A stretch of 64,000 nt of DNA. Origin: Desulfobacteraceae bacterium. Lineage in GTDB: Bacteria > Desulfobacterota > Desulfobacteria > Desulfobacterales > JAABSP01. The position numbers and the translations under genes were made by a program. Positions 37,903 to 46,691 of the stretch are shown here, one piece after another. The notes beneath the pieces were generated by a model, which was not told the DNA's origin, did no database searches, and worked only from the letters and a program-made list of their open reading frames with translations. The stretch is taken from NCBI GenBank assembly GCA_011389855.1, contig JAABTM010000003.1, positions 6-64,005 on the forward strand, read 5' to 3'. Numbering within the stretch: position 1 is the stretch's first letter; the number at the start of each line of letters is the position of its first letter.

Positions 37903-39060
37903 ATGTTCGGAAATGGACGCCTATGGATGATGACACTGGCCGCGGTCTGCGCCCTGGCCGCTTCCGCGGCCGCCCAGAGCGCGGTGATGATGTCCCTGCG
38001 CCCGGATATCCGGCGCATTTCGCTGGACACCGGGCCTAAAAAGCTTATGATCGAAGCCCTCGCGGGCGGGGAGGGACTGACCTTCGACTGGCGTCTGGAG
38101 GGGCCGGGCCGGCTGGTTGGAGACAAGGGGTCCGCCGACATCGACTATATCCCGCCCGATCATCTGAACGCGGCGACCGAGACGGTGTCCGTGCGCCTGT
38201 CCATCCGGTCCCGGGACGGGCAAACCGGCCAGGGGCGGATCGACCTGATTCTGGTGGATCCGACTCCGGGGGGCGCCGACCGCGTGGCGCCGCCCGACCG
38301 CGTGGCGCCGCCCGACCGCGAGGCGCCGGAGGACAGAGAGCCGACCCTGGAAGCCGGGAAAAAGGCGGTGGAGAAAAAAGAGAAGGAAGCTGGAAAAGAT
38401 CGGATCGTGGAAACCCTTTCCCTGGGCCAGTTGTTCAAGCTGGCGGCTGAGCGGGAAAAGAGAGAGCGGTTCGCGGCGCCGGAGGGAAAGAGCGCGCTGA
38501 CCGCCTACCGGGAGATCCTGCGACAGGCCCCGGCCCATCCCGGGGTGCGCCGAAAGATCGGGCAACTGCTGCGGACCGTCAAAACCGCCGGGGATCGCGC
38601 GATGGAAAGGTCCGATTACACAAGGGCCCGGTCGATGTACGAGCAGTATCTGGCCGCGGCGCCCCTGGCGGAACGCGTCGGCGAGAACCCCCTGATCGGC
38701 ATTGAGCGCCGGGAAGTGGCGGACCGCCTGAAAGCCGTCGAAAGCTTTTCGCGCGTTCGGCGCCTGGAGGCGTTGCGGCCCGGCTTCGAAAAGGAATTCG
38801 AATCCTACCGGGCCCTCCTGGAACGGGAAAATCGCGGTCAAGATGTGATGGGACCGATCATCTCGCGGCTGCGCGTCCTTGTTTCGGATCTGGCGGAAAT
38901 CGAGTCGATTTACCGGCATCTGGCGGAAGATGAGCCGGCAGTATCCGAAAAGGCGGATCGGGTGGCGGAAATGCGCGATCAGTTGGAAAACGAACTCGAC
39001 ATTCGTCGATCCAGGGGATTCGACGGCGACGCCGACGGCGTGGAGGAAGCAACACAATGA
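37903..39060 (+). CDS. Secreted hypothetical protein with DRVAPP repeat and TPR-like C-terminus
   Basis: Signal peptide MFGNGRLWMMTLAAVCALAASAAAQSA. Contains the tandem DRVAPPDRVAPPDREAPEDREP. Confidence 0.6.
   Translation: MFGNGRLWMMTLAAVCALAASAAAQSAVMMSLRPDIRRISLDTGPKKLMIEALAGGEGLTFDWRLEGPGRLVGDKGSADIDYIPPDHLNAATETVSVRLSIRSRDGQTGQGRIDLILVDPTPGGADRVAPPDRVAPPDREAPEDREPTLEAGKKAVEKKEKEAGKDRIVETLSLGQLFKLAAEREKRERFAAPEGKSALTAYREILRQAPAHPGVRRKIGQLLRTVKTAGDRAMERSDYTRARSMYEQYLAAAPLAERVGENPLIGIERREVADRLKAVESFSRVRRLEALRPGFEKEFESYRALLERENRGQDVMGPIISRLRVLVSDLAEIESIYRHLAEDEPAVSEKADRVAEMRDQLENELDIRRSRGFDGDADGVEEATQ
38278..38331. repeat. 18-bp tandem repeat (about 3 copies) inside a CDS
   Basis: gaccgcgtggcgccgccc occurs twice, then the degenerate copy gaccgcgaggcgccggag. 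Confidence 0.85.
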
Positions 39061-40058
39061 AAAAACAGGGAAAACGAGGACTTGTCGTGGTGCTGGCGGT
39101 CGTTTTTGCAATGGGCGGCTGCGCGCTGTTTCATCGATACAACCGGACCGAGGCCCAGGACCATCTCCTTACGGCCCGGCGACATCTGGATATCGTGACG
39201 CACATGGAACTGGCGGATGCGTATGAGGTCGATTTCGGCATCGCCCAATCGGCCTTCGATCAGGCCAAAGCCCATCTGGCGGACCGACGGAGCACGGCGG
39301 CCTACAAAGCGGCGCAAAAAAGCATCGATGCCGCCCAGCGCATCCTGAACGATTTTTATTTGAATCACATCGCCCTGCTGGCCAAGGGATTGAAAGAGGA
39401 GCTGCGCCGGGAAACCAGCGGAGATCCGGATAACCCGCTCAAAGCCCAGATCCCAAAGGTTGAAAGGGTCATCCAGACAGCCCAAACCGGGGAGGCCGTT
39501 TCCTTGAACACGATTCTGGAAGATCTGGAAACGATCATGCAAATTACCTACAGCATCCGGACGACCATGAATCGCATCCTGGAATCGGACGTGTCCTTTG
39601 ATAAAGGGCAATACCGGCTTTCCGAAAAAGGTATGGCGGCCATCGATGGGATACTGGAAACGGTCGCCAAGGACAAATCCGACTACCTGGATCGCTTTCC
39701 GACCAAAACCATCACCACCCAGGTCAAAGTCGTCGGCTATACCGATTCGCTCAATTTCGGCAAAGGGACGCCGCTGATGGCGGCCCTGACCGAGGACGTC
39801 GAGGAGCGGATCCCTCGAAACGATCCGGAAAGGCGACAGTTTCTCAATCGGCGCTTGTCGGAATTCCGGGCCCGCAATATCGCCGGGTACATCGCATCGG
39901 CGTTAAAAAAAGAGGGGGAGACAGAACGGTTTCAGGTTCAAACGGAGTCCGTCGGCCGCGGCGAGGCGATACCGCCCGACCTGCCGCCGCCCTATCCCGT
40001 GATGGACGCGCGTCGGCGCATTTGCAGAATCTATATTTACACCACCACCACCGACTGA
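39057..40058 (+). CDS. Lipoprotein with OmpA/MotB-like C-terminal domain
   Basis: Lipobox VFAMGGC. C-terminus VKVVGYTDSLNF...RRLSEFRARNIAGYI...GRGEAIP resembles an OmpA-like peptidoglycan-binding fold. ATGA overlap with the upstream gene. Confidence 0.6.
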   Translation: MKKQGKRGLVVVLAVVFAMGGCALFHRYNRTEAQDHLLTARRHLDIVTHMELADAYEVDFGIAQSAFDQAKAHLADRRSTAAYKAAQKSIDAAQRILNDFYLNHIALLAKGLKEELRRETSGDPDNPLKAQIPKVERVIQTAQTGEAVSLNTILEDLETIMQITYSIRTTMNRILESDVSFDKGQYRLSEKGMAAIDGILETVAKDKSDYLDRFPTKTITTQVKVVGYTDSLNFGKGTPLMAALTEDVEERIPRNDPERRQFLNRRLSEFRARNIAGYIASALKKEGETERFQVQTESVGRGEAIPPDLPPPYPVMDARRRICRIYIYTTTTD

Positions 40059-40087
40059 CAGGGCGGCGGTGGGAGGGGAGGGCCGTG

Positions 40088-40912
40088 ATGACCGCCAAAA
40101 AAATGATGGTATGCCTGGCATTGCTGTTGCTGACCGGCGGATGCGCGACGCTCAAGGGGATCGTCCAGAAACCGGGAATCGAGTTCGTCGGGGTTTCCCT
40201 GGAACATATGACCCTTTTTGAAGCGACGCCGGTGTTTAACTTTAAAATGACCAATCCGAATCCCGTGCGGATCTCGGTGGGGGCCATCACCTACAACATG
40301 ACCGTCAACGACCGGAAGTTCGTCAACGGCGTGGCGGACAAGGGTAAAAAGATCAAGGCCGGAGAATCCGGGATCGTCTCGGTGCCCGTCAACATCAACT
40401 ACCTCGATCTTTTCGAGACCTTCACCGAATTCAATGCGTCCGAGCAGGTCCGCTACAACCTCTCCGGCGACATGGACGTGGGGCCCTTCCAGATCCCCTT
40501 CGGCCACGAGGGAACCCTGATAACGCCCAAACTGCCCAAAATATCCCTCAAAAACGTGGCGGTGTCGGACATCTCCCTGACCCGGGCCAAGGTCCGGCTG
40601 ATCCTGGGGATAGAAAACAACAACCCCTTTGCGGTGAAGCTCAACGGGCTTGAGTACGGTCTCAAACTCGGGGGGAAGGAGTTTGCCCGGGGCGAGATGC
40701 GGGCCGTGCCGGCGGTGGACGAGAAAGGGGTTTCCACCCTCACCATCCCCATGAACGTCAACTTTTTCAAGCTGGGTCGCTCGGTGTACGGGCTTTTGAA
40801 GGAGGCATCCTCTATGTATGAACTGAGCGGCGAGATGAAATTCGACATCCCCAAGCTGGGGGAAAAACGGATTCCTTTCAGCCAGTCCGGGAGCGTGCCG
40901 GTCATCAAATAA
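40088..40912 (+). CDS. LEA type-2 (LEA_2/WHy) family lipoprotein, two domains
   Basis: Lipobox LLLTGGCA. Contains two copies of an F.(F/L).(M/I).NPNP(V/F).(I/V)....(Y/L).(M/L)..(N/G) pattern. Confidence 0.7.
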   Translation: MTAKKMMVCLALLLLTGGCATLKGIVQKPGIEFVGVSLEHMTLFEATPVFNFKMTNPNPVRISVGAITYNMTVNDRKFVNGVADKGKKIKAGESGIVSVPVNINYLDLFETFTEFNASEQVRYNLSGDMDVGPFQIPFGHEGTLITPKLPKISLKNVAVSDISLTRAKVRLILGIENNNPFAVKLNGLEYGLKLGGKEFARGEMRAVPAVDEKGVSTLTIPMNVNFFKLGRSVYGLLKEASSMYELSGEMKFDIPKLGEKRIPFSQSGSVPVIK

Positions 40913-40941
40913 CCGCCCCGGCTCCGGCGGGGGACCGGGCG

Positions 40942-43044
40942 TTACTCCGACGCTTCGAAAATGCCGGCCTCTTCGTAAATGAGGGTCGGTTCGTTTCCGG
41001 CCAGAACCCCGGTTTCAGGGGCGGCTTCGGACATGCCGGATTTGTCCAGCGCGCCCCATTCCTCCCGGTACATGGCGTTGAAGACGATGTCGAACAACAC
41101 TCGGGAAAGGTCGTAGGCCGACAGGCGGGGCGTCTCTTTTTCCATGAGCCGGATGAGCTTTTTCTGGCGCTGGGACTGGGATTTGAGCCGCTCCAGATCC
41201 CGCAACAGCCGCAACACCTGGGTGCGCATGCCGGGCGGCATCTTGGGCAGGTTCTCCCCTTTTTCCCACCGCTCCCGCAGCCGGCCGACCTCCATGGCCG
41301 GCGCCTGCAGGAGGCTTTTCCGGTTCTTGTCGCTGTGGAAGATCACCTGGGCGTCCACATATTTCCGCACCTGCTTTTCGGTGTTCCGCTGTCCCCGCCG
41401 AATGTCTTCTCCGATCATGGCGCAGGCGTCGGGCGACAGGTTGACCGGAATCGATTTGAGAAGCCTTTTTTTCCCGGATATTTTGGATTCAAATTCCGCT
41501 TTGGCGCCGCTCCAGTAGATGCGGCTCACCTCCTTGAACCCTTCGGAGAGGGGCAGGTTCAATTCGGTGGTCTTTTGCACGGTCTTTTTGGTCTTGAAAA
41601 GCAGTTTACGGGTGTTTTCGAAAAGCAGTTCGCCGGTGACGATGTTGTAGATCATGGCCACGGCCGCCTGCCAGTCCTGGTAGTTGAACACCAGGGGCAG
41701 CTCCGTCAGGGTCTGGCCCAGCAGCCGGTTGGGAAAGAGGTGGGACGGCGTGGCGTAGGCCGGGGTGCCGGCCAGCAGGGGTTGGGGGATCTCTTTTTCC
41801 GGATACTCGGTGAAATCGACGGCCGTCTCAAAGTCGATGAGGCCCAGTGAGGCGTCTTCCGGCGAGGCGATGAAGAGGGGGTATTTGTCCTTTTCGGCCA
41901 CGACGAAGAGGTTGTCCGGTTTCAGATCCCGGATGGCGATCCGGCGCTCCCGCAAACAGGCCAGCAGGTGGAGGATGTTGTAGATGAGCCCGGCCATCTG
42001 GGTTTTGTTTTGGATAAAGGCGACGTCCCGGACATATTCCAGCACCACGTCCCGGTACGCTTCGACCTTTTCGGTAAACTCCAGCAGCACCCCCCGGACC
42101 ATGTCGTTGAAGGCGTCCAGGAATCCGTCAGGGAAGGTTTCGTCCAGTCGGACCACTTTTCTGTCCGCCAGATGGAACAGGAACCATTCCTGTTTCCGAT
42201 AGGCGGGAATGGGAAAGGACAGCCCGTGTTCCCGCATCATGTCCGAGAGGCGAATTTCGTACTGGTCGTAGACCTTGTTGATCTCGAAGCAGATGTTGAG
42301 GTTCTCGCTCCCGTATTTGTTTTCGAATTCCAGGATGTCCCACAGCAGGTTGTGGGATTTGAGGATCTCTTCGCCCATCCGCCACCGGTGGATCTCCGGA
42401 TCATGCATGGCCTCCACCACCTGGGAAAGAAAGGCGTGTTTGGACAGGTCCATGACGTAGACGAACGCGCCGGAGATTTTCAGAAAATCCTGGTCGGTCG
42501 GATGGCCCCGGAGCCACTCGACGTACCGGGCCTCCAGTTCCGAGGCATTCATGTCCTCGGCGTCTTTGAAGGGATGGATCTTCCGCATGATCGCCGTCAC
42601 GCCCGGCGCCACGAATTCGATCTCCGGTTCCAGCTTCACCGCGATGCGGCCTTCGGTGTGCAAACTTTCGAGGTAGTCGTCGAACCGACCGATGGGGGCG
42701 GGGGGAACCTTGACCACCAGGAGGTTGTCGTAGGTCACCTTGAAACAGGTGCTTTTACTGCCTTTGGTTCTGGAGGCGGTCCGGCTTCGGCCCTTGGGCC
42801 CGGGGTTTTCGCCGATGATGCCGACGCTCATGCGGCGGCGTTCCCATTTTTTGTTTTTATGAACCCGCAGTTCATAGGTGAGGTCCGGCCCTTCATCCTC
42901 GGCGCTGATCTGGGCCACCTGGGTCGGCGCGTCGGGCGCGACGCCGGACTGGCGCCGGAAGAGTTTCAGAAACAGTTCGATGACCGCGGCCCTGTCCGGG
43001 TCGGGTTTGTGTCTTCCGGTATATTGTATATAATCTGTATTCAT
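40942..43044 (-). CDS. Protein-kinase-like domain protein (atypical Hanks-type)
   Basis: Catalytic loop IAIRDLKPDNLFV, activation segment LIDFETAV...AGTPAYATPSH, and a possible VAIK-like LVVKVP. Long N- and C-terminal extensions are of unknown function. Confidence 0.65.
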   Translation of the reverse strand: MNTDYIQYTGRHKPDPDRAAVIELFLKLFRRQSGVAPDAPTQVAQISAEDEGPDLTYELRVHKNKKWERRRMSVGIIGENPGPKGRSRTASRTKGSKSTCFKVTYDNLLVVKVPPAPIGRFDDYLESLHTEGRIAVKLEPEIEFVAPGVTAIMRKIHPFKDAEDMNASELEARYVEWLRGHPTDQDFLKISGAFVYVMDLSKHAFLSQVVEAMHDPEIHRWRMGEEILKSHNLLWDILEFENKYGSENLNICFEINKVYDQYEIRLSDMMREHGLSFPIPAYRKQEWFLFHLADRKVVRLDETFPDGFLDAFNDMVRGVLLEFTEKVEAYRDVVLEYVRDVAFIQNKTQMAGLIYNILHLLACLRERRIAIRDLKPDNLFVVAEKDKYPLFIASPEDASLGLIDFETAVDFTEYPEKEIPQPLLAGTPAYATPSHLFPNRLLGQTLTELPLVFNYQDWQAAVAMIYNIVTGELLFENTRKLLFKTKKTVQKTTELNLPLSEGFKEVSRIYWSGAKAEFESKISGKKRLLKSIPVNLSPDACAMIGEDIRRGQRNTEKQVRKYVDAQVIFHSDKNRKSLLQAPAMEVGRLRERWEKGENLPKMPPGMRTQVLRLLRDLERLKSQSQRQKKLIRLMEKETPRLSAYDLSRVLFDIVFNAMYREEWGALDKSGMSEAAPETGVLAGNEPTLIYEEAGIFEASE

Positions 43045-43474
43045 TGTTCCAGCGCACGCTGCTTAACCTGATATCGCCAATGCCTGTGTTCTTTATTTGT
43101 CGGGGTCAATAATAGTATGCAGGCCTTTTTTTTTCAAGGCCATTTTAGGCTGAACGGATTCATGGCCGGCGGGGCCAGGAGAGCGTAACCCTGTCGGATG
43201 CGCGTCGGGATCGGTTTCGGGGGCGGGTGCCGCGGACCGCCGCCGGGGACGTTCTGGGCTTGCTGGCGGAAGGGCTCTCGCCCAGGCGGGCGGCGCGGCT
43301 GTTCAATGGGCCGCTGCGGGCCGCGGCGCCGTCGCTTTCTCCCCTTTTGGGGCCGGGGGGATGATCAGCGACGACGCCGAGCATACGACTCCGGCGGCCT
43401 GCTGAAAACCACCGACGGCCGGGCCGTGTCATGCGGAAATGAAGGGTCGGGCGTCGGACCCGCCTGTCAAGGCG

Positions 43475-43924
43475 TTAAACCGCCTTGTAAACGCCCCGTT
43501 TGACGGTCTCGATTTGGCCTTCTTCTTTTAGTTTGGAAATGGCGTTGTGAACCGTTCGGACGGTGAATCCGGTTTTCTCGGCGAGCGAGGAAGGGTCTAA
43601 ACCTTCCGGGGTTTTGTGGAGTTCTTTAAGCACCGCGTCGGTGGAGGACGTCTTGGGCGGTTTTTTCCGGGCGGTTTTCTTTTGGCTCCCGGATTTCTTT
43701 GCCGTGGTTTTTTTCTTCGTCGTCCTGGTTTTGGGGGCCCCGGCCGCTTTTTTCTCTTCAGCGGGGGCTTCGGCTTCAGGAACGCTTTTTTCATCAACGT
43801 CCTTTTCATCAACGTCCTGGGGCTGAAAGTTTTCCAGCCCTTCGGCCACTTCTTCAATGCCTTTCGCCAGCGCCTTCAGGCCCTCGGATATGCTCTTCAT
43901 AAAGATCTCATTGTTTTTCATCAT
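43475..43924 (-). CDS. Lys-rich histone-H1-like protein with C-terminal winged-helix-like segment
   Basis: Central KKAAGAPKTRTTKKKTTAKKSGSQKKTARKKPPK. C-terminus AVLKELHKTPEGLDPSSLAEKTGFTVRTVHNAISKLKEEGQIETVKRGVY. Confidence 0.55.
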   Translation of the reverse strand: MMKNNEIFMKSISEGLKALAKGIEEVAEGLENFQPQDVDEKDVDEKSVPEAEAPAEEKKAAGAPKTRTTKKKTTAKKSGSQKKTARKKPPKTSSTDAVLKELHKTPEGLDPSSLAEKTGFTVRTVHNAISKLKEEGQIETVKRGVYKAV

Positions 43925-44095
43925 CTGACTCCGACTCTCTTTCTTTCATGTGAAGGGTTTAAAACTTGGATAAATAACCGGCAACATCCGGATAAAATAA
44001 CGAGTACCATGAAAAAATCAAGAGGAAAGTGAAGATTTTTTCATTTTTAAGGAAATCGGTTCTGAAAGGGAGGTCCGTGGTTTTCGGACAAGCTC

Positions 44096-45193
44096 TTATT
44101 TTCTGCAGAAGAAGTGAAAATTGAAAGGGTCGTCCGGGATCTCCGTTACGGCGACCTCCTGAAAGCCGGCGTCGGCGAGCATCTCCGCGGCTTTTTCTTT
44201 TCCCCACATCATGCCGAGCCCCGCGCCGCCGTTGACGCGTCCCACGGGCATGCAGTGCATGAGGCTGACGGTGTAAAGAAACGGTCCCATGGGATGATTC
44301 GTGTTGCCGGCCATGTCGGTGTGGGCGGCGATGTCGACCATGGAGAAGCAGCCGCCGGGTTTCAGAACCGCGTGGACGGCCTTCAGGGCGTCGGCCGGCC
44401 GGGTCTGATCGTGAACCGCATCGAAGGCGGCGACGTAGTCGAAGGACTCTTTGTAATCCGGATCACCCTTCATCTTCACGGCGTCGAGAGCATGGAAGAC
44501 GACGTTTTTCAGACCCCGGCGAACCGCTTCCTTTTGGGCGAGGGCGATGGTCTCCCAGGAGATGTCCACGCCCGTGAACCGGCTGCGGGGAAAGGCCTCG
44601 GCCATCAGCAGCGCGGCGAGCCCTTCGCCGCAGCCCATGTCGCAGACATCGATGCCTTCTTGAAGTCGTTTCACCATCCGCCCGTCGTCCACGGATGGCA
44701 GAAACCGGTCCACCAGCACGTCGCGGTGCTTGGCGTCCGCCAGTTCGGTCATGAAATTCTGAAACCGGGGATAATGATCGTAGGAGACGCCTTCGCCGGT
44801 GCGAAAGCCCGATACCACCGGTTCCATGGCGCAGTGAATCAGCAGGGGGATTTCCTGGGTGTACACGCCCAGGTTGGCGTTGCCGGACCGGCGGGCCAGC
44901 AGGTCGCCGTGGGATCGGGGCAGGTAAAACCGGTCTTCCCCCGCTTCACTTCGGGACAATTCGATAATCCCGCCGCAAACCATCACCCCCAACCATTCCT
45001 TCAGGTACCGCGAATCGACCCCGGCGGCCTTGGCGATGGCCCCGGCATCCGCCGGTTCGCCCATGGCGTCCATGGCGTCGAAGATGCCGGTCCTGTATCC
45101 GATGGCCAGGGCGAGGTTCAGGGCCCCGCCGTTCAGGATGTCGGCTATCTTTTGGGAGAAGTCATCGGGTTTCGGATCGGTCCCTTCGGTCAC
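44096..45193 (-). CDS. Class I SAM-dependent methyltransferase with N-terminal wHTH-like dimerisation domain
   Basis: Motif I VCDMGCGEGLAALL, with an N-terminal region like that of O-methyltransferases. Start set to GTG 45193 because the longer ORF runs through the tRNA-Glu terminator. Confidence 0.75.
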   Translation of the reverse strand: MTEGTDPKPDDFSQKIADILNGGALNLALAIGYRTGIFDAMDAMGEPADAGAIAKAAGVDSRYLKEWLGVMVCGGIIELSRSEAGEDRFYLPRSHGDLLARRSGNANLGVYTQEIPLLIHCAMEPVVSGFRTGEGVSYDHYPRFQNFMTELADAKHRDVLVDRFLPSVDDGRMVKRLQEGIDVCDMGCGEGLAALLMAEAFPRSRFTGVDISWETIALAQKEAVRRGLKNVVFHALDAVKMKGDPDYKESFDYVAAFDAVHDQTRPADALKAVHAVLKPGGCFSMVDIAAHTDMAGNTNHPMGPFLYTVSLMHCMPVGRVNGGAGLGMMWGKEKAAEMLADAGFQEVAVTEIPDDPFNFHFFCRK

Positions 45194-45241
45194 AACCGCG
45201 GCTCCGCATCTTCCATATAAGCTGAAAGGGTTGTAGAGACT

Positions 45242-45271
45242 AAAAAAAGGCCGATCCAAACCGGGTCGGCC
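45242..45271 (-). terminator. Intrinsic terminator after tRNA-Glu
   Basis: The minus strand reads GGCCGA-cccggtttgga-TCGGCC followed by TTTTTTT. Confidence 0.75.
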
Positions 45272-45282
45272 TTCCAAAATTT

Positions 45283-45358
45283 TGGTGATCCCAACGGGAC
45301 TCGAACCCGTGTTTCCGGCGTGAGAGGCCGGCGTCCTAGGCCACTAGACGATGGGACC
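45283..45358 (-). tRNA. tRNA-Glu (anticodon CUC)
   Basis: 76 nt: GGTCCCATCGTCTAGTGGCCTAGGAC..., anticodon stem CCGGC/GCCGG with loop CT-CTC-AC, T-arm ACGGGTTCGAGTCCCGT and an encoded CCA. Confidence 0.95.
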
Positions 45359-45416
45359 GGATAGCGCTCAGTCAATAAAATCAAAATTTACAAAAAGGAA
45401 ATCCGTATGTCAAGGG

Positions 45417-45635
45417 TTAAATTGGCGGCTGTTCGATTTTTTTGGGGACCCGTCCTTTCCGGAACCCAATGACGAAATAGACAAGGCATCCGATGAAAGG
45501 GACCAGGGCGATGACGGCCCACATGGCTTTTTTGCCCATGGTCCCGAAGTCCTTTCGGGCGATGTCGAAGATGGCGAGCCAGGTGAGGGCGATGAAGGCG
45601 ATCCCCACCCAGATGAAAAAGGTGATGGTGCTCAT
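45417..45635 (-). CDS. Small membrane protein (PLD-nuclease N-terminal / PLDc_N-like)
   Basis: 72 aa with two TM helices and WAVIALVPFIGCLVYFVIG, typical of PLDc_N small proteins. Confidence 0.65.
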   Translation of the reverse strand: MSTITFFIWVGIAFIALTWLAIFDIARKDFGTMGKKAMWAVIALVPFIGCLVYFVIGFRKGRVPKKIEQPPI

Positions 45636-46519
45636 GACGGGGCCTTTAAGATCCGGTAAATGTCCAGGATGGCGTCCACGTAATAGCTGCTGTGGTTATA
45701 GGTGTAGACTACGTCGTAGGCCCGGTCGGCGGGGATGCCCGGATACCAGCCGTTGTGGCGCAGGTAATTGGCGATGCTCATGATGGCGTCGGCGTGGTTG
45801 AAGAGATCGACCCGGCCGTCGCCGTTGCCGTCCCGGCCCAGGGGAACGATGTTGGAGGGGATGAACTGGCAAATGCCCATGGCGCCGGCGTAGGAGCCTT
45901 TGATGCCCAGCGGGTCGAAGTTTTCGGCCCGGACGTAGCGCAGGAAGGCCGTCAACTCGCCATAGGCCCAGTTCGATTTCCGATGGGCCTTGTGGTCGAA
46001 GGACGCCCGGCCCAGATGGGTGGTGCTGCTCACATGCCGCCATAACGCTTCCCGGACTCTCGGATCGGCCAGGGCCGCCATTGTGGACAGGGAGTTGAGG
46101 ACCGACCGCTTGCCCACATAGGTTCCCAGCCGGGTCTCCACCAGGGCGATGGCGGTGACGACCTCCCGGTCGACGCCGTGGAGGCGTTCGGCCGCCGCCA
46201 AAGAGGCTTTGTGGGTCGCCATATACCGACGGGCATTATGAATCGCGGCGGGTTCCTTGAACTGGTCGTAGTTGAGGGACCCTTCCGAATGGACGAAATA
46301 GAGCGACACCCCCCTCATATCGAAATCGATCCGCGGGTCGGCGTAGATCTTCCCGATCCAGGCCCCGTCGAATCCATCCCGCGGCAACCGCTGCTGGAGG
46401 GTCTTGAAATAGGGGCTGTCGGCGCCGGCGAAGCACGGCGGCGCCAGGAAAGGGGTGGTCAGGAAAAGGGAAAGAAAGAGACAGGGGAGGGCCGGAAGGC
46501 CTAAGGCGTTTCGGAACAT
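45632..46519 (-). CDS. Lytic murein transglycosylase (MltB/SLT_2 family)
   Basis: Signal peptide; ALVETRLG (catalytic Glu region); GSYAGAMGICQFIPSN; DLFN..DAIMSIANYL. Confidence 0.85.
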   Translation of the reverse strand: MFRNALGLPALPCLFLSLFLTTPFLAPPCFAGADSPYFKTLQQRLPRDGFDGAWIGKIYADPRIDFDMRGVSLYFVHSEGSLNYDQFKEPAAIHNARRYMATHKASLAAAERLHGVDREVVTAIALVETRLGTYVGKRSVLNSLSTMAALADPRVREALWRHVSSTTHLGRASFDHKAHRKSNWAYGELTAFLRYVRAENFDPLGIKGSYAGAMGICQFIPSNIVPLGRDGNGDGRVDLFNHADAIMSIANYLRHNGWYPGIPADRAYDVVYTYNHSSYYVDAILDIYRILKAPS

Positions 46520-46567
46520 GGGGGATGGACATTCTCCATTTGTTTATTATGGTTAACATGACAAGTC

Positions 46568-46589
46568 GAAGGGACCGGCCGGTCCCTTC
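46568..46589. promoter_or_regulatory. Perfect 22-bp palindrome in the mltB-like/radA divergent region
   Basis: GAAGGGACCGG|CCGGTCCCTTC. A tandem TGGTATCGAC x2 lies at 46642-46661. Confidence 0.35.
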
Positions 46590-46691
46590 GTTGACGCCGC
46601 TTGATAACGCCTAAATGACATGTTAATAAACGGTTGTCAATTGGTATCGACTGGTATCGACGCCTCTCCGACGGGGCCATAAGGACCGCTG

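Noticed and set aside
43160-43432. 90-aa minus-strand ORF and 101-aa plus-strand ORF in the 43.05-43.47 kb gap.
   Set aside because: The translations are Arg/Gly/Pro-rich, there is no RBS and no recognisable motifs. They are typical GC-driven spurious ORFs.
45194-45277. A longer N-terminal extension of the methyltransferase ORF (ATG 45277).
   Set aside because: The extension is encoded by the tRNA-Glu intrinsic terminator hairpin and T-run and would abut the tRNA. An internal GTG 45193 with an upstream GGAG is more plausible.
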